64,000 nucleotides of DNA from Candidatus Woesearchaeota archaeon (GTDB lineage: Archaea; Nanobdellota; Nanobdellia; Woesearchaeales; ARS49): the NCBI GenBank assembly GCA_037445145.1, contig JBBILB010000006.1, positions 2,064 to 66,063 of the forward strand, given 5' to 3'. A program made the position numbers and the translations under genes. Of this stretch, positions 1 through 9,160 are shown in pieces. How positions within the stretch are numbered: position 1 is the first letter of the stretch; each line of letters starts with the position of its first letter. Below the pieces are notes generated by a model. The model had not been told where the DNA came from and did not search any database. It saw nothing but the letters and a program-made list of their open reading frames with translations.

Positions 1-319
1 GAACGCAGGAATAACTTTTGGAATGATGCAAATCGGGGCTTTGAGGTGGGTTTTTGTCGCTGTCGCCCTGGCTGTTGCTGTCGCGATTGCTTGGTCGTGC
101 AGGCACAAAAAGATTGTTTCGCACTTTCTTGCATGGGGATTAATTATGGGCGGAGCAATCGGCAATGCCTTGGACAGGATTTTTATCGGCACAGTGACTG
201 ACTTCGCCCATGTTGGCATCAAGAACTTTGACCTTGCCTGGCCTGCCTTCAACATTGCAGACTCCGCACTGACCATCGGCGCGATAATAATCCTCTGGCA
301 TTCTTTGAGGAAAGAATAG
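1..319 (+). CDS. lspA: Signal peptidase II (LspA family), 5'-truncated by the window edge
   Basis: NAGITFG (frame open from base 2), GGAIGNALDR, VTDF and FNIADS motifs; both catalytic Asp present. Confidence 0.9.
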   Translation, partial: NAGITFGMMQIGALRWVFVAVALAVAVAIAWSCRHKKIVSHFLAWGLIMGGAIGNALDRIFIGTVTDFAHVGIKNFDLAWPAFNIADSALTIGAIIILWHSLRKE

Positions 320-321
320 GA

Positions 322-825
322 CTACGCCCCTGTCTGCCTGACAAGGTCGTCGATGAACTTGTTGCATTTTGCTTCTGTTTTCCTGCCGCGGAATCCCGCA
401 AGGTCATTCAGCACGTCGAGAAAAGAGAGCATTTCTGTCCTTGACTGCTGGTAGCTTCCTCCAAGCGCAAACTTCAGTATTGTGTCATATTTCATGGGCA
501 GGAAAAGCTGCGGCCCGTCAAGCCCTGTTGATTTTGCGCACTTGTCATCTGCACAGAACCACCACGGATCGTCAATAATCCATGTGTGGCGCATGCTGTC
601 CTCTGCGAAAGAAAACCTTGTGGGAATCTTTCCGCACCCGCCTTCGCACTTGAAAACAGGGGTGAAGGAGTTCAATGCCTTTCTCACCCGGCTGGTTTCG
701 TTATGCAGGTATGGCGCAGTGAGCTTTTGGTGCATGTAAGCAAGGTATGGATAGTCTGTCAGCGCAATAAGGGCAATGCTTTTTCCATGGTACTGCCCGA
801 ATGGAAATTTTGTCTCGCCAACCAT
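322..825 (-). CDS. Hypothetical protein with N-terminal FPFGQYHG (DUF3820/ExoX-C-like) motif and Cys pairs
   Basis: 167 aa ORF; FPFGQYHGKSI, CEGGC...CADDKC. Confidence 0.55.
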   Translation of the reverse strand: MVGETKFPFGQYHGKSIALIALTDYPYLAYMHQKLTAPYLHNETSRVRKALNSFTPVFKCEGGCGKIPTRFSFAEDSMRHTWIIDDPWWFCADDKCAKSTGLDGPQLFLPMKYDTILKFALGGSYQQSRTEMLSFLDVLNDLAGFRGRKTEAKCNKFIDDLVRQTGA

Positions 826-913
826 GGGGGTGGTGGAATGGGTTTGTTGTTATAAAACTAGCGCTCAGGAGAGAGTTATGTTTTTATACAAGAAGCGCAT
901 TTTCAGGAAAATC

Positions 914-1387
914 ATGCAGGTAACAAGAATCTTTATTGTTTTGGCAGTATTGCTTGTGCTGGTTCCTTTTGCTTCTGCAACACTGATTTGGAAGGTTTCA
1001 ACAAGAGGAAGCCATATGACTGGCGGAATAATTATGACAGCGCAGGAAGCGCCAATAGTCAAAATCGCACAGCCAAATGGGACAACAATTGCAGGTCCTG
1101 CAAGGATAAGCAATGGTGTTCTTGACATCTCAGAGCCTGCTATCAGAAGGCCTGCCAGTTGCGTAAGCGGGACAACGTGGTGCGAGGACAATGTTTTTGT
1201 AAAATGCGTTGGGGGAGTATGGGTAACTGTTGAGAAATGCAAAAATTCTGAAGTGTGCACTCCAGACGGGTGCAAAATGTTCAGGTGGTCAAGGTATCCT
1301 TATGTGAAAATAACACCTCCAACAAAGGCGCCTGTCAGGTGGGCAAACATTACAAGATACGAAATGCATGGACAGGTCGGCATTTAA
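914..1387 (+). CDS. Secreted protein with a small Cys-rich module
   Basis: Signal peptide ending ASA; C-terminal cluster of six Cys; TATA-like TTTATA upstream; ATG at 914 preferred. Confidence 0.6.
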   Translation: MQVTRIFIVLAVLLVLVPFASATLIWKVSTRGSHMTGGIIMTAQEAPIVKIAQPNGTTIAGPARISNGVLDISEPAIRRPASCVSGTTWCEDNVFVKCVGGVWVTVEKCKNSEVCTPDGCKMFRWSRYPYVKITPPTKAPVRWANITRYEMHGQVGI

Positions 1388-1458
1388 AGAGTAAAGTATT
1401 TATACTGATCAAGGATTTTATGAGCCAACAAGTAATGATTCGAACGAGGTGAAGTTTT

Positions 1459-1848
1459 ATGGACGAAGTTCGAGGGATTGCATTGTCAATTCTGGGAATA
1501 GTTGCGATTATTGGCGTGGTTGGGCTTGTGCTGTTGTTTACAGGCGCCACGGGAATGGGATTGTATGGTGGGGAAATGAGGCAGGGAGAGTCATACCTGA
1601 GGCCTGTGGGAGAAGAGCCTGCAAGGTACACGAGCCCTGTGCCTGTCTCAGAAGGAGGCACTTATTACCAGCACAGGCAGGGCTGGGAAGGTCTTGAGCG
1701 CGATCCGTGCCCGGACAACAAGTACCCTGTTGCAACTACTGCAAACGCTGCAGGAGCAAGGGATGACTGCGTGCCAAGCACGATAAAGTATGGAATTGTG
1801 TGCTGCATGCCTGCAGGAAGGGCTTACGCAGAGGGCATGTACGAATAA
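1459..1848 (+). CDS. Pilin-like membrane-anchored protein, array copy 1
   Basis: MDEVRG|IALSILGIVAIIGVVGLVLLFTGATG leader; C-terminal C..C..CC; GAGGTGA at 1446. Confidence 0.75.
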   Translation: MDEVRGIALSILGIVAIIGVVGLVLLFTGATGMGLYGGEMRQGESYLRPVGEEPARYTSPVPVSEGGTYYQHRQGWEGLERDPCPDNKYPVATTANAAGARDDCVPSTIKYGIVCCMPAGRAYAEGMYE

Positions 1849-1850
1849 GA

Positions 1851-1885
1851 ATTTTTTTTATTATTTTCTTTTGTTTTTTTTTCTT
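1851..1885 (+). terminator. Oligo-T archaeal terminator; similar tracts at about 2583, 3237, 3840 and 4899
   Basis: T-rich tracts directly after the stop codon of each array gene. Confidence 0.6.
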
Positions 1886-2069
1886 CGAAAGTAAACTTGA
1901 GCTGTGTGCGAAGTTAAACTTCAACTATGGCTATGTATCTGCGCCTGTAAGGCGCCTAATTGGTAGTGCGCTCATACTGCTGTTCTTCACTCATACTGAA
2001 GTTCTTTTTCCAGAAACATTTATATATGAGCTTGTTCTGACTAAACTCATTAAAATGAGGTGAATTATA

Positions 2070-2573
2070 ATGGCAGAAGAAGGACGAGGAATCGCACTGG
2101 CAATTCTTGGAATAGTTGCTGTTATTGCTGTTGTGGGTCTTGTGCTCTTGTTCACAGGAGCAGCAGGCAAAGTGGCATATCCTGGGATTGCAAAGGTTTA
2201 TGGAGGAGTCCACGCAGGAGAGGAATTTCCTTATTTGACTGACAGGACGCAGGGAGGATTCCCGCAAACAGCAGGAAATCCTGATGCAGTGTATTATCCG
2301 CAAGGCTTTTACACCGAGAAGCCGGTAGGGATTGCGTTGCAGGAGGACGCGCAACTCTATGGCACAAGCGCAAGCGGGACAAGGGAGTACACCTCGTTCC
2401 AGAGGCAGCCGTACTTTGTGCCAAGCGGTCAGGACTGCTATGAGGAAGATGGGCGTGTTGGGTTCAGGTGCCCGCAGGGGACAACCTGCATTACAAACAT
2501 TCACATTGCAGAAGGTGGCGGCTGGATTCCTGCGCCACAGCATCCGTGCTACATTAGGGCAAGCCAGGAATAA
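2070..2573 (+). CDS. Pilin-like membrane-anchored protein, array copy 2
   Basis: MAEEGRG|IALAILGIVAVIAVVGLVLLFTG leader; 4 Cys; TTTATATA at 2019, GAGGTGA at 2057. Confidence 0.75.
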   Translation: MAEEGRGIALAILGIVAVIAVVGLVLLFTGAAGKVAYPGIAKVYGGVHAGEEFPYLTDRTQGGFPQTAGNPDAVYYPQGFYTEKPVGIALQEDAQLYGTSASGTREYTSFQRQPYFVPSGQDCYEEDGRVGFRCPQGTTCITNIHIAEGGGWIPAPQHPCYIRASQE

Positions 2574-2689
2574 AGCCTGACATTTTTTTCCTTTTTTATA
2601 TTCATATTCTTTTTGACAATCAAAATATTTATATAGGAGTAAAATAACCTCTCACGTAATACTCACATATAAAAACGAGGTGATAGTAA

Positions 2690-3226
2690 ATGGCAGAAGA
2701 AGGACGCGGAGTTGCACTTGCAATTCTGGGAATAGTGGCCGTCATTGCAGTGGTCGGACTTGTGCTGTTGTTCACAGGAGCAACAGGAAAGTTCTCAGGC
2801 GGCGCAGTTGGGCTTCCCAAGGTTTACACAAGGCAGTCTGAAGTTGCGGTCGCATCAGGCCCTGCAAATGTCGAGAACCCATATTATGGATATGAGTACG
2901 AGACTTACGGCGGAATAACCCAGTCCCGCGAGGCAACTGCAAAGGACATAGCTGCCGGCGGAGCATGGGACCCGACAAAGGTTTACGGAGACGCGACATG
3001 GGATGCAGCGACAGAGCCAGGTATTGGAGGAGCTCCATCGCTTTATGACACGACACAATCGCCGACATACAAGCGCGCCCCGAGCCACATCGTAAGCGGA
3101 CAGGCAGATGTCTGCGGCATGTGCCCGTATGGAAGCGTATGCATCACTGATGAGCGCAGTATTCCGACAGGCGCAAAGCAGGTCTCGGGATACCCGTACT
3201 GCTTCATAATCGGCACAACAGTCTGA
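2690..3226 (+). CDS. Pilin-like membrane-anchored protein, array copy 3
   Basis: Same leader; 4 Cys; TTTATATA at 2628, GAGGTGA at 2677. Confidence 0.75.
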   Translation: MAEEGRGVALAILGIVAVIAVVGLVLLFTGATGKFSGGAVGLPKVYTRQSEVAVASGPANVENPYYGYEYETYGGITQSREATAKDIAAGGAWDPTKVYGDATWDAATEPGIGGAPSLYDTTQSPTYKRAPSHIVSGQADVCGMCPYGSVCITDERSIPTGAKQVSGYPYCFIIGTTV

Positions 3227-3350
3227 GAATAAAACCTTTTTTTTTCTTTTTTTTTCTCATTCTAATACTCAGTAGCATAAAGTTTATATAGTAGTTAAAT
3301 ATCATACAATTGTATACTGGAATGATACCAACAAAAGAGGTGATTATATA

Positions 3351-3830
3351 ATGGCTAATGAGAAAGGAGTTGCTTTGGCGATTCTTGGCATAGTCGCCCT
3401 TATAGCTGTTGTTGGGCTTATCCTGCTCTTTTCAGGTAAGCTGACAGGAGAGGTCACGCAGCCGGCAACATACGGCGGCTATGGTGCCAACAAGCTGTAT
3501 GGCAACTGGGACAAGGTCCAAGAGGAGGCTCCCCGCGGTGCAGTGGTTGCGCAGGCAGATTACAAGGGCGGAGGGGCAAGCTACCCGTATGAGGGCAACT
3601 GGGTCAAGGGAGTGCCGTACACGCCTGAAGGAATCCCTGTTGCTGTTGTGGGCGGAAATGAGGCAACGTATCGCCAGCCAAGTAGGCAGACAACCTGCCC
3701 GCCAGGGATGGCGCGCATGGGAGTCAGGCAGATGCAGACCTTGAGCGATGAAGAGTTCGCGCTCTGCATCCCGGGCAACTTTGACGACGGCAGCATGTGC
3801 TGCCCTGTTGCAAAGCTCGCAACAAGGTAA
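3351..3830 (+). CDS. Pilin-like membrane-anchored protein, array copy 4
   Basis: MANEKG|VALAILGIVALIAVVGLILLFSG leader; C..C..CC; TTTATATA at 3283, GAGGTGA at 3337. Confidence 0.75.
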   Translation: MANEKGVALAILGIVALIAVVGLILLFSGKLTGEVTQPATYGGYGANKLYGNWDKVQEEAPRGAVVAQADYKGGGASYPYEGNWVKGVPYTPEGIPVAVVGGNEATYRQPSRQTTCPPGMARMGVRQMQTLSDEEFALCIPGNFDDGSMCCPVAKLATR

Positions 3831-3891
3831 AACAAAACATTTTTTTTTCTTTTTCTTTTGTTAGTTTTAACTTTATAAGAAAAGGTGCAGG

Positions 3892-4431
3892 ATGAGAGTC
3901 CAGACCGCGCTTACTGCATTATCAGTAACAGTGCTTATGCTTATAACTTGCCTTATTGCGCTGACCGGAATACAGCTCGGCATTGGCAATGCGGCAAGCG
4001 TTGGCAGTTATTATCTTGGAATTTCACAGCACGGCTATGTTTTGCGCGAGGTTTTGCCTTACACAATCCCTGATGTTGACCCTGAGGACCCTGCCTGTTA
4101 TGTCAATGCAATAAATGCGTGCGCAAGGCTTAATGCCGGCGAGAACTACATTTCGTGCGTTGACCGCGTTGCCATTGAGTGCGGGGCGCCTGAAACACAG
4201 GGAATGACGTGCTACCTGCCTGCTGGATTTGAGCTCAAGTACAGGACTAGCAGGGAGTGCGAGTACAATGTTGCTCTTGAGTGCAGTATGCGCTGCCCTC
4301 CTGCATTGCTTAAGGAGTGCAGCAGGCTCTCAAAGGGCAGGTGCAGCCTCATTGGCGGCAAGTTCCAGTCTGTTTATGAGCAGACAAAATATAAAGGTTA
4401 CCCTGCTGTCCAGCAGAGCGTGCTCAGCTAG
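3892..4431 (+). CDS. Membrane-anchored Cys-rich protein with four Cx7C motifs
   Basis: N-terminal hydrophobic helix; CYVNAINAC, CVDRVAIEC, CEYNVALEC, CSRLSKGRC. Confidence 0.65.
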   Translation: MRVQTALTALSVTVLMLITCLIALTGIQLGIGNAASVGSYYLGISQHGYVLREVLPYTIPDVDPEDPACYVNAINACARLNAGENYISCVDRVAIECGAPETQGMTCYLPAGFELKYRTSRECEYNVALECSMRCPPALLKECSRLSKGRCSLIGGKFQSVYEQTKYKGYPAVQQSVLS

Positions 4432-4484
4432 CACAATGTTTATATACACGTATGCTTATGAATAACCAAAGAGGTGATAATCGT

Positions 4485-4895
4485 ATGGAAGAAGCAAGAG
4501 GAGTTTCGCTTGCAATCCTTGGCATTGTTGCAGTCATTGCTGTTGTGGGCCTTGTGCTGTTGTTCACAGGAGGCACTGGAACAATGGTTTATCCCGGGAT
4601 TGCAAAGGTCTACCCCGGAAAGGTCGTGAAGGGGGAGACAGGCCAGGGATTCCCGTATTTGGGCGGAGGCGAGTATGTTGCAGAACAGCGCGGCTCGTGC
4701 CTGCCCGGCGAGGTTTTTGTGCAAAGGGGAGGTTCTTATGGCAAGAGTTATGACCCGAACACCTGCAGGGGCGGAGAGATGCGCATAGAGATTTATCACA
4801 GGAACAACAAGTTCTTCGGCGCTCCTGACCAAACTGTTGTGGTTGATGGCTGGTGCTGCACGATTCCGGGATACCAGCCTTATGGCGAAGAATAA
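4485..4895 (+). CDS. Pilin-like membrane-anchored protein, array copy 5
   Basis: MEEARG|VSLAILGIVAVIAVVGLVLLFTG leader; C..C..CC; TTTATATA at 4439, GAGGTGA at 4471. Confidence 0.75.
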   Translation: MEEARGVSLAILGIVAVIAVVGLVLLFTGGTGTMVYPGIAKVYPGKVVKGETGQGFPYLGGGEYVAEQRGSCLPGEVFVQRGGSYGKSYDPNTCRGGEMRIEIYHRNNKFFGAPDQTVVVDGWCCTIPGYQPYGEE

Positions 4896-4970
4896 TCCTG
4901 TTTTTTTGTTTTTTTCTCATTCTTTAGTGGTGTGAAATGCTTTTATACGTAGTTTTGGCTTTACTGGGCA

Positions 4971-6764
4971 ATGGCTGAAGCAAAGGCAGGGGTTGTGTGC
5001 GAGGTTTCGTGGGAGGTTTGCAACAAGGTTGGAGGCATTTACACTGTTGTGGCTTCCAAGGCTGCAGAGATGGTAAGGCGGTATGGCGACAAGTACTTCT
5101 TGATAGGTCCTTATTTTCCTGCAAAGCTGATGGGCACTTTTGAGGAATCAGTGCCTCCTGAGGGATGCAAAAAGTGCTTTGAGGAACTCAAGAAGGAGGG
5201 CCTGGAAGTCCACGTCGGCACATGGCTCGTGAAAGGCAGCCCGAGGGTTATCCTTGTTGATTTTGCAAATTACACCAAGAACAAGGACGGCATAAAGCGC
5301 CAGCTGTGGGAAGGTTATGGCATTGATTCCCTGAATACGGAATGGTTTGATTTTGACGAGCCCGTGGTGTGGGCTTGGGCTGTGGGCAGGATAATACAGG
5401 AAATGCAGCACGTGTGGAAGGACGGGATTGTTGCGCATTTTCATGAATGGCTTGCAGGAGCAGGGCTTTTGTACCTGCACAAGAACAAGGTTCCTGCAGG
5501 CACTGTTTTCACAACCCATGCCACAACAATCGGCAGGGCATTGTCAAGCGCGGACATTAACATTTACCAGCAGCTTGGCAGGATAAACGCTGATGAGGAG
5601 GCAAAAAAGCGTGGTCCTGGTGTGTGGGCAAAGCATTTGCTTGAGAAGGCGTGCGCAAAGAGCGCTGGCGTTTTCACCACTGTCAGCGAGATCGCCGGCA
5701 TTGAGGCGGAGAAATTCCTTGGCAGGAAGCCTGATGTCCTGCTTTTCAACGGGCTTGACATGGACAAGTTTCCCACGTTTGAGCAGGCTTCCATGAGGCA
5801 CAGGCTGTTCAAGGCAAGGATTAAGGAGTTTTTGATGTATTATTTTTTCCCGCACTACCCGCTTGACCTTGACAACACGCTTTTTTATTTTCTTGCAGGA
5901 AGGTATGAGTTCAGGGACAAGGGGATTGACATTTTTATAAAGGCGTTGGCAGAGCTTAATGAGCGCCTGAAAAGGCAGAAGGACAGCAAAACTGTTGTGG
6001 CTTTCATCTGGGTTCCCGGCAACATCAGGGCTATAAGGCCGCAATTGCTTGAGAACAAGACGTATTACAATGACATCAGGGATTCTGTTGAGGACATTCG
6101 TGATGACTTGAAGAACAGGGTGCTTTACCTGCTTTTAAGCGGAAGGGAGATAACAAAAGAATCGCTGCTTGAACCTGAGTTTTGGCAGGACCTGAAGCCA
6201 AAGCTCAGGCGGTTTTTGGGCAGGAAGGGATATCCTGCCCTGAGCACGCACGAGCTTTATGATGAGGGCAAGGATGCTATAATGAGTGCCCTGCTTGCTT
6301 CAGGGCTTGACAACTCGCCTGATGACAAAGTAAAGGTCGTGTTTTACCCCATTTATCTTACCGGCGCTGACGGCTTGCTTGACACGAGCTATTATGAGTC
6401 AATGCAGGGCTGCCACTTGGGGGTTTTTCCGTCATATTACGAGCCGTGGGGGTATACGCCCCTTGAGGCAGGCGCTCTTGGGGTGAGTTCTGTCACGACA
6501 GACCTTGCAGGCTTTGGAAGGTATATTCAGGCGGAATGCAGGCAGGGAAAGTATCCTGGAATTTTTGTGCTCAAGCGCTTCGGCAAGGCGGATGACGAGA
6601 TAATCAGGGACCTTGCTGGCATGATGGAGGAGTATGCGTATTTCACCACGCACGAACGTGTTGAGAACAAGATAATGGCTCAGAGGGTTGCCGCGACTGC
6701 TGACTGGAAGTTTTTTGCCGACAGGTATGTTGAGGCGCACAACAGGGCATTGGAAAGAATTTAG
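4971..6764 (+). CDS. Glycogen synthase, GT3 family
   Basis: EVSWEVCNKVGGIYTV, HFHEW, AGRYEFRDKG, GVFPSYYEPWGYTPLE motifs. Confidence 0.9.
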   Translation: MAEAKAGVVCEVSWEVCNKVGGIYTVVASKAAEMVRRYGDKYFLIGPYFPAKLMGTFEESVPPEGCKKCFEELKKEGLEVHVGTWLVKGSPRVILVDFANYTKNKDGIKRQLWEGYGIDSLNTEWFDFDEPVVWAWAVGRIIQEMQHVWKDGIVAHFHEWLAGAGLLYLHKNKVPAGTVFTTHATTIGRALSSADINIYQQLGRINADEEAKKRGPGVWAKHLLEKACAKSAGVFTTVSEIAGIEAEKFLGRKPDVLLFNGLDMDKFPTFEQASMRHRLFKARIKEFLMYYFFPHYPLDLDNTLFYFLAGRYEFRDKGIDIFIKALAELNERLKRQKDSKTVVAFIWVPGNIRAIRPQLLENKTYYNDIRDSVEDIRDDLKNRVLYLLLSGREITKESLLEPEFWQDLKPKLRRFLGRKGYPALSTHELYDEGKDAIMSALLASGLDNSPDDKVKVVFYPIYLTGADGLLDTSYYESMQGCHLGVFPSYYEPWGYTPLEAGALGVSSVTTDLAGFGRYIQAECRQGKYPGIFVLKRFGKADDEIIRDLAGMMEEYAYFTTHERVENKIMAQRVAATADWKFFADRYVEAHNRALERI

Positions 6765-6791
6765 TTTTTGCCGGGGGTTTTTTTGGTTGGA

Positions 6792-8291
6792 TTACTTGAG
6801 AAGCCCTGGCTCCATTTCTTTCGGCCTTGGGATGCCCATCAGTTGCAGGACTGTTGGAGCCACGTGATAAATGGCAGGACGCTTTATTTTCCTGAGCCTG
6901 TGCTTTTCCGGCGAGATGATTATGAAAGGCACCTTGTTTGTTGTGTGAGCAGTGCATGCTGAGCCGTCGGGATAAAGCATTTCCTCTGCGTTGCCGTGGT
7001 CTGCTGTTATAACAACTTCATAGCCGTTGTTCTGGGCTGTTGCGACAACGTACGCGACGCATTCATCAACTGCTTTTATCCCCCTGACTGTTTCAGGTAT
7101 TTTTCCGGTGTGGCCGACCATGTCAGGGTTTGCGTAATTAATGAGGATAAATGCGTATTTTTTGCTGTTGAGTGCCTCAATTGCTTTTTTTGTTATTGCG
7201 TATGCGCTCATTTCTGGCTTCTTGTCGTATGTTGCCACTTTTGGGCTTGGAATGAGCAGTCTGTCTTCTCTGCTGAATATTTTTCCGCTCAGGCCGTTGA
7301 AGAAGTACGTGACGTGAGCCCATTTTTCTGTTTCTGCAAGCCTGAACTGCCTGACCCCCTGCTTTGAGATTACTTCGCCAAGGGTGTTGTTGATGTATAT
7401 TGGCGGGTATGCGACAGGCGCTTTTATTGCAGGATCGTACTGTGTGAGGCAGACAAAGTGAAGGCGGGTTATTTTTTTGCGTTTGAACTTGTTGAATCTT
7501 CCCTGAACGAATGCCCTTGTGAGCTCGCGCGCCCTGTCTGAGCGGAAGTTGAAGAATATGATGCTGTCATTCTTTTTGACAAGCCCTGCGGGCTCAACAA
7601 CAGAGGGGTAGATGAACTCGTCTGTTTCCCCGCGCGTGTATGCCTCGAGCACTGCCTCCTCTGCTGTCCTGTGAGCATACCCTTCTCCTTCAACCATTGC
7701 AGCGTAGGCCTTGTGCTCGCGGTTCCACCTGTTGTCGCGGTCCATTGCGTAATACCTTCCGAGGACTGTTGCGATTTTCCATTCCTTGCTGTATTTTGCG
7801 AGCTCCTTTTCCACCTGCCTGACGTATTTGAGGGCGCTTTTTGGGGGCACGTCCCTACCGTCTGTTATTGCGTGAACATACAACTCCCTTACTTTTTGTT
7901 TGTGCGCCAGTTTTATGAGCGCGAACAGGTGCTGGATATGAGAGTGCACGCCTCCGTCGCTTATGAGGCCGAGCAAATGCACCCGTTTGCGCTTCATTGC
8001 CTGCAGCAACACCTTGTTTTCGTAAAAAGAACCATCTTTTATTGCATCGGTTATTCTTGCAAGGTCCTGCTTGATGAGTCTTCCTGCGCCAAGGTGGAGG
8101 TGCCCGACTTCTGAGTTGCCTATGTAGCCGGGCAAAAGCCCGACCGCGGTGCCTGAGGCGTCAAGCATTGTGTGCGGGTTGTCATTCCATAATGTCTCAA
8201 TGTGTTTTGGCCTTGCGAGTGTTATTGCATTTCCGGTCCCTGGAGGCGCGATTCCCCAGCCGTCAAGCACTATGAGGCAGGCGGGCTTCAT
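6792..8291 (-). CDS. gpmI: 2,3-bisphosphoglycerate-independent phosphoglycerate mutase (bacterial type)
   Basis: LDGWG, GNSEVGH, SDGGVHSH, DGRD, AETEK, NPDMVGHTG, TADHGNAE. Confidence 0.95.
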   Translation of the reverse strand: MKPACLIVLDGWGIAPPGTGNAITLARPKHIETLWNDNPHTMLDASGTAVGLLPGYIGNSEVGHLHLGAGRLIKQDLARITDAIKDGSFYENKVLLQAMKRKRVHLLGLISDGGVHSHIQHLFALIKLAHKQKVRELYVHAITDGRDVPPKSALKYVRQVEKELAKYSKEWKIATVLGRYYAMDRDNRWNREHKAYAAMVEGEGYAHRTAEEAVLEAYTRGETDEFIYPSVVEPAGLVKKNDSIIFFNFRSDRARELTRAFVQGRFNKFKRKKITRLHFVCLTQYDPAIKAPVAYPPIYINNTLGEVISKQGVRQFRLAETEKWAHVTYFFNGLSGKIFSREDRLLIPSPKVATYDKKPEMSAYAITKKAIEALNSKKYAFILINYANPDMVGHTGKIPETVRGIKAVDECVAYVVATAQNNGYEVVITADHGNAEEMLYPDGSACTAHTTNKVPFIIISPEKHRLRKIKRPAIYHVAPTVLQLMGIPRPKEMEPGLLK

Positions 8292-9160
8292 AGTGCACCG
8301 GCTATTATCCCCGAAACATCAATTTTTGCCGCGGGGTTTGGTATCGTGTTTGTCGTTATCACATGCGCACCCATTTTTTTGAGTTTTTGTAGCGCATTTT
8401 TGACAAAAACGCCGTGGATTCCTATGCAGGTTATTTTTTTTGCGCCGAATTTTTTGAGCTGTTTTATGGGCTCAAACATTGTGTGGCCTGTGCTTATGAT
8501 ATCGTCGACAATGACGACATCGCGGTTCCTGAATTTTGCAGGGTCGCCGTGAACAATTATTCGGACTTTTGTTGCAGAATAGCGCTTCTTGAGCAGTATC
8601 ATTGATTCCTGCCCTACTCTGTCAGCGATTGTCTTTGCCCACTGGGATGACTCAATGTCAGGACCGATGATTATTGCAGTCGGGCAGTGCTTGCTGATGT
8701 ATTGTGCAATTGCGGTGTCTGCGCTTATGCCTCTTGCTTTTGTCCTGAAGATGTCCTGCAGGCGCTTTATGCGGTGAAGGTGCGGGTCTACTGCAATGAC
8801 TCGGTCTGCGCAGTCAAGCATTCTTGCCATTACTCTTGCAGAAACGCACTCGCCGGGATGGAACATCTTGTCCTGCCTCATGTATGCGAGGTATGGGGCG
8901 ACAAGCGTGACTTTTGCGGCGCCGAGCTGTTTTGCTGTGTGGACTGCGAATACAGACTCAATGATGTTCTTGTTGGGATTTGGCATGAGGCCGTTGACAA
9001 TGACTGCGTGCTTTCCTGTAACGTCTTCTGCAATGCGTACCCTCAGTTCTCCGTCGGGAAAGCTTGAGAGCTGCAGTTCTGTGTATTTTGCGTTCAGCTT
9101 TCGCGCTACGCTTTTTGCAATGCCCTGCGAATTGCTGCCGCCGATAACGACTGTTTTCAT
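8288..9160 (-). CDS. prs: Ribose-phosphate pyrophosphokinase
   Basis: FPDGE, PYLAYMRQDK, VDDIISTGHT. Confidence 0.93.
   Translation of the reverse strand: MKTVVIGGSNSQGIAKSVARKLNAKYTELQLSSFPDGELRVRIAEDVTGKHAVIVNGLMPNPNKNIIESVFAVHTAKQLGAAKVTLVAPYLAYMRQDKMFHPGECVSARVMARMLDCADRVIAVDPHLHRIKRLQDIFRTKARGISADTAIAQYISKHCPTAIIIGPDIESSQWAKTIADRVGQESMILLKKRYSATKVRIIVHGDPAKFRNRDVVIVDDIISTGHTMFEPIKQLKKFGAKKITCIGIHGVFVKNALQKLKKMGAHVITTNTIPNPAAKIDVSGIIAGAL

Noticed and set aside
1459-4895. Diversity-generating retroelement or RiPP precursor cluster
   Set aside because: No reverse transcriptase, TR/VR pair or modifying enzyme nearby; the variable regions differ by indels, not adenine-specific changes.
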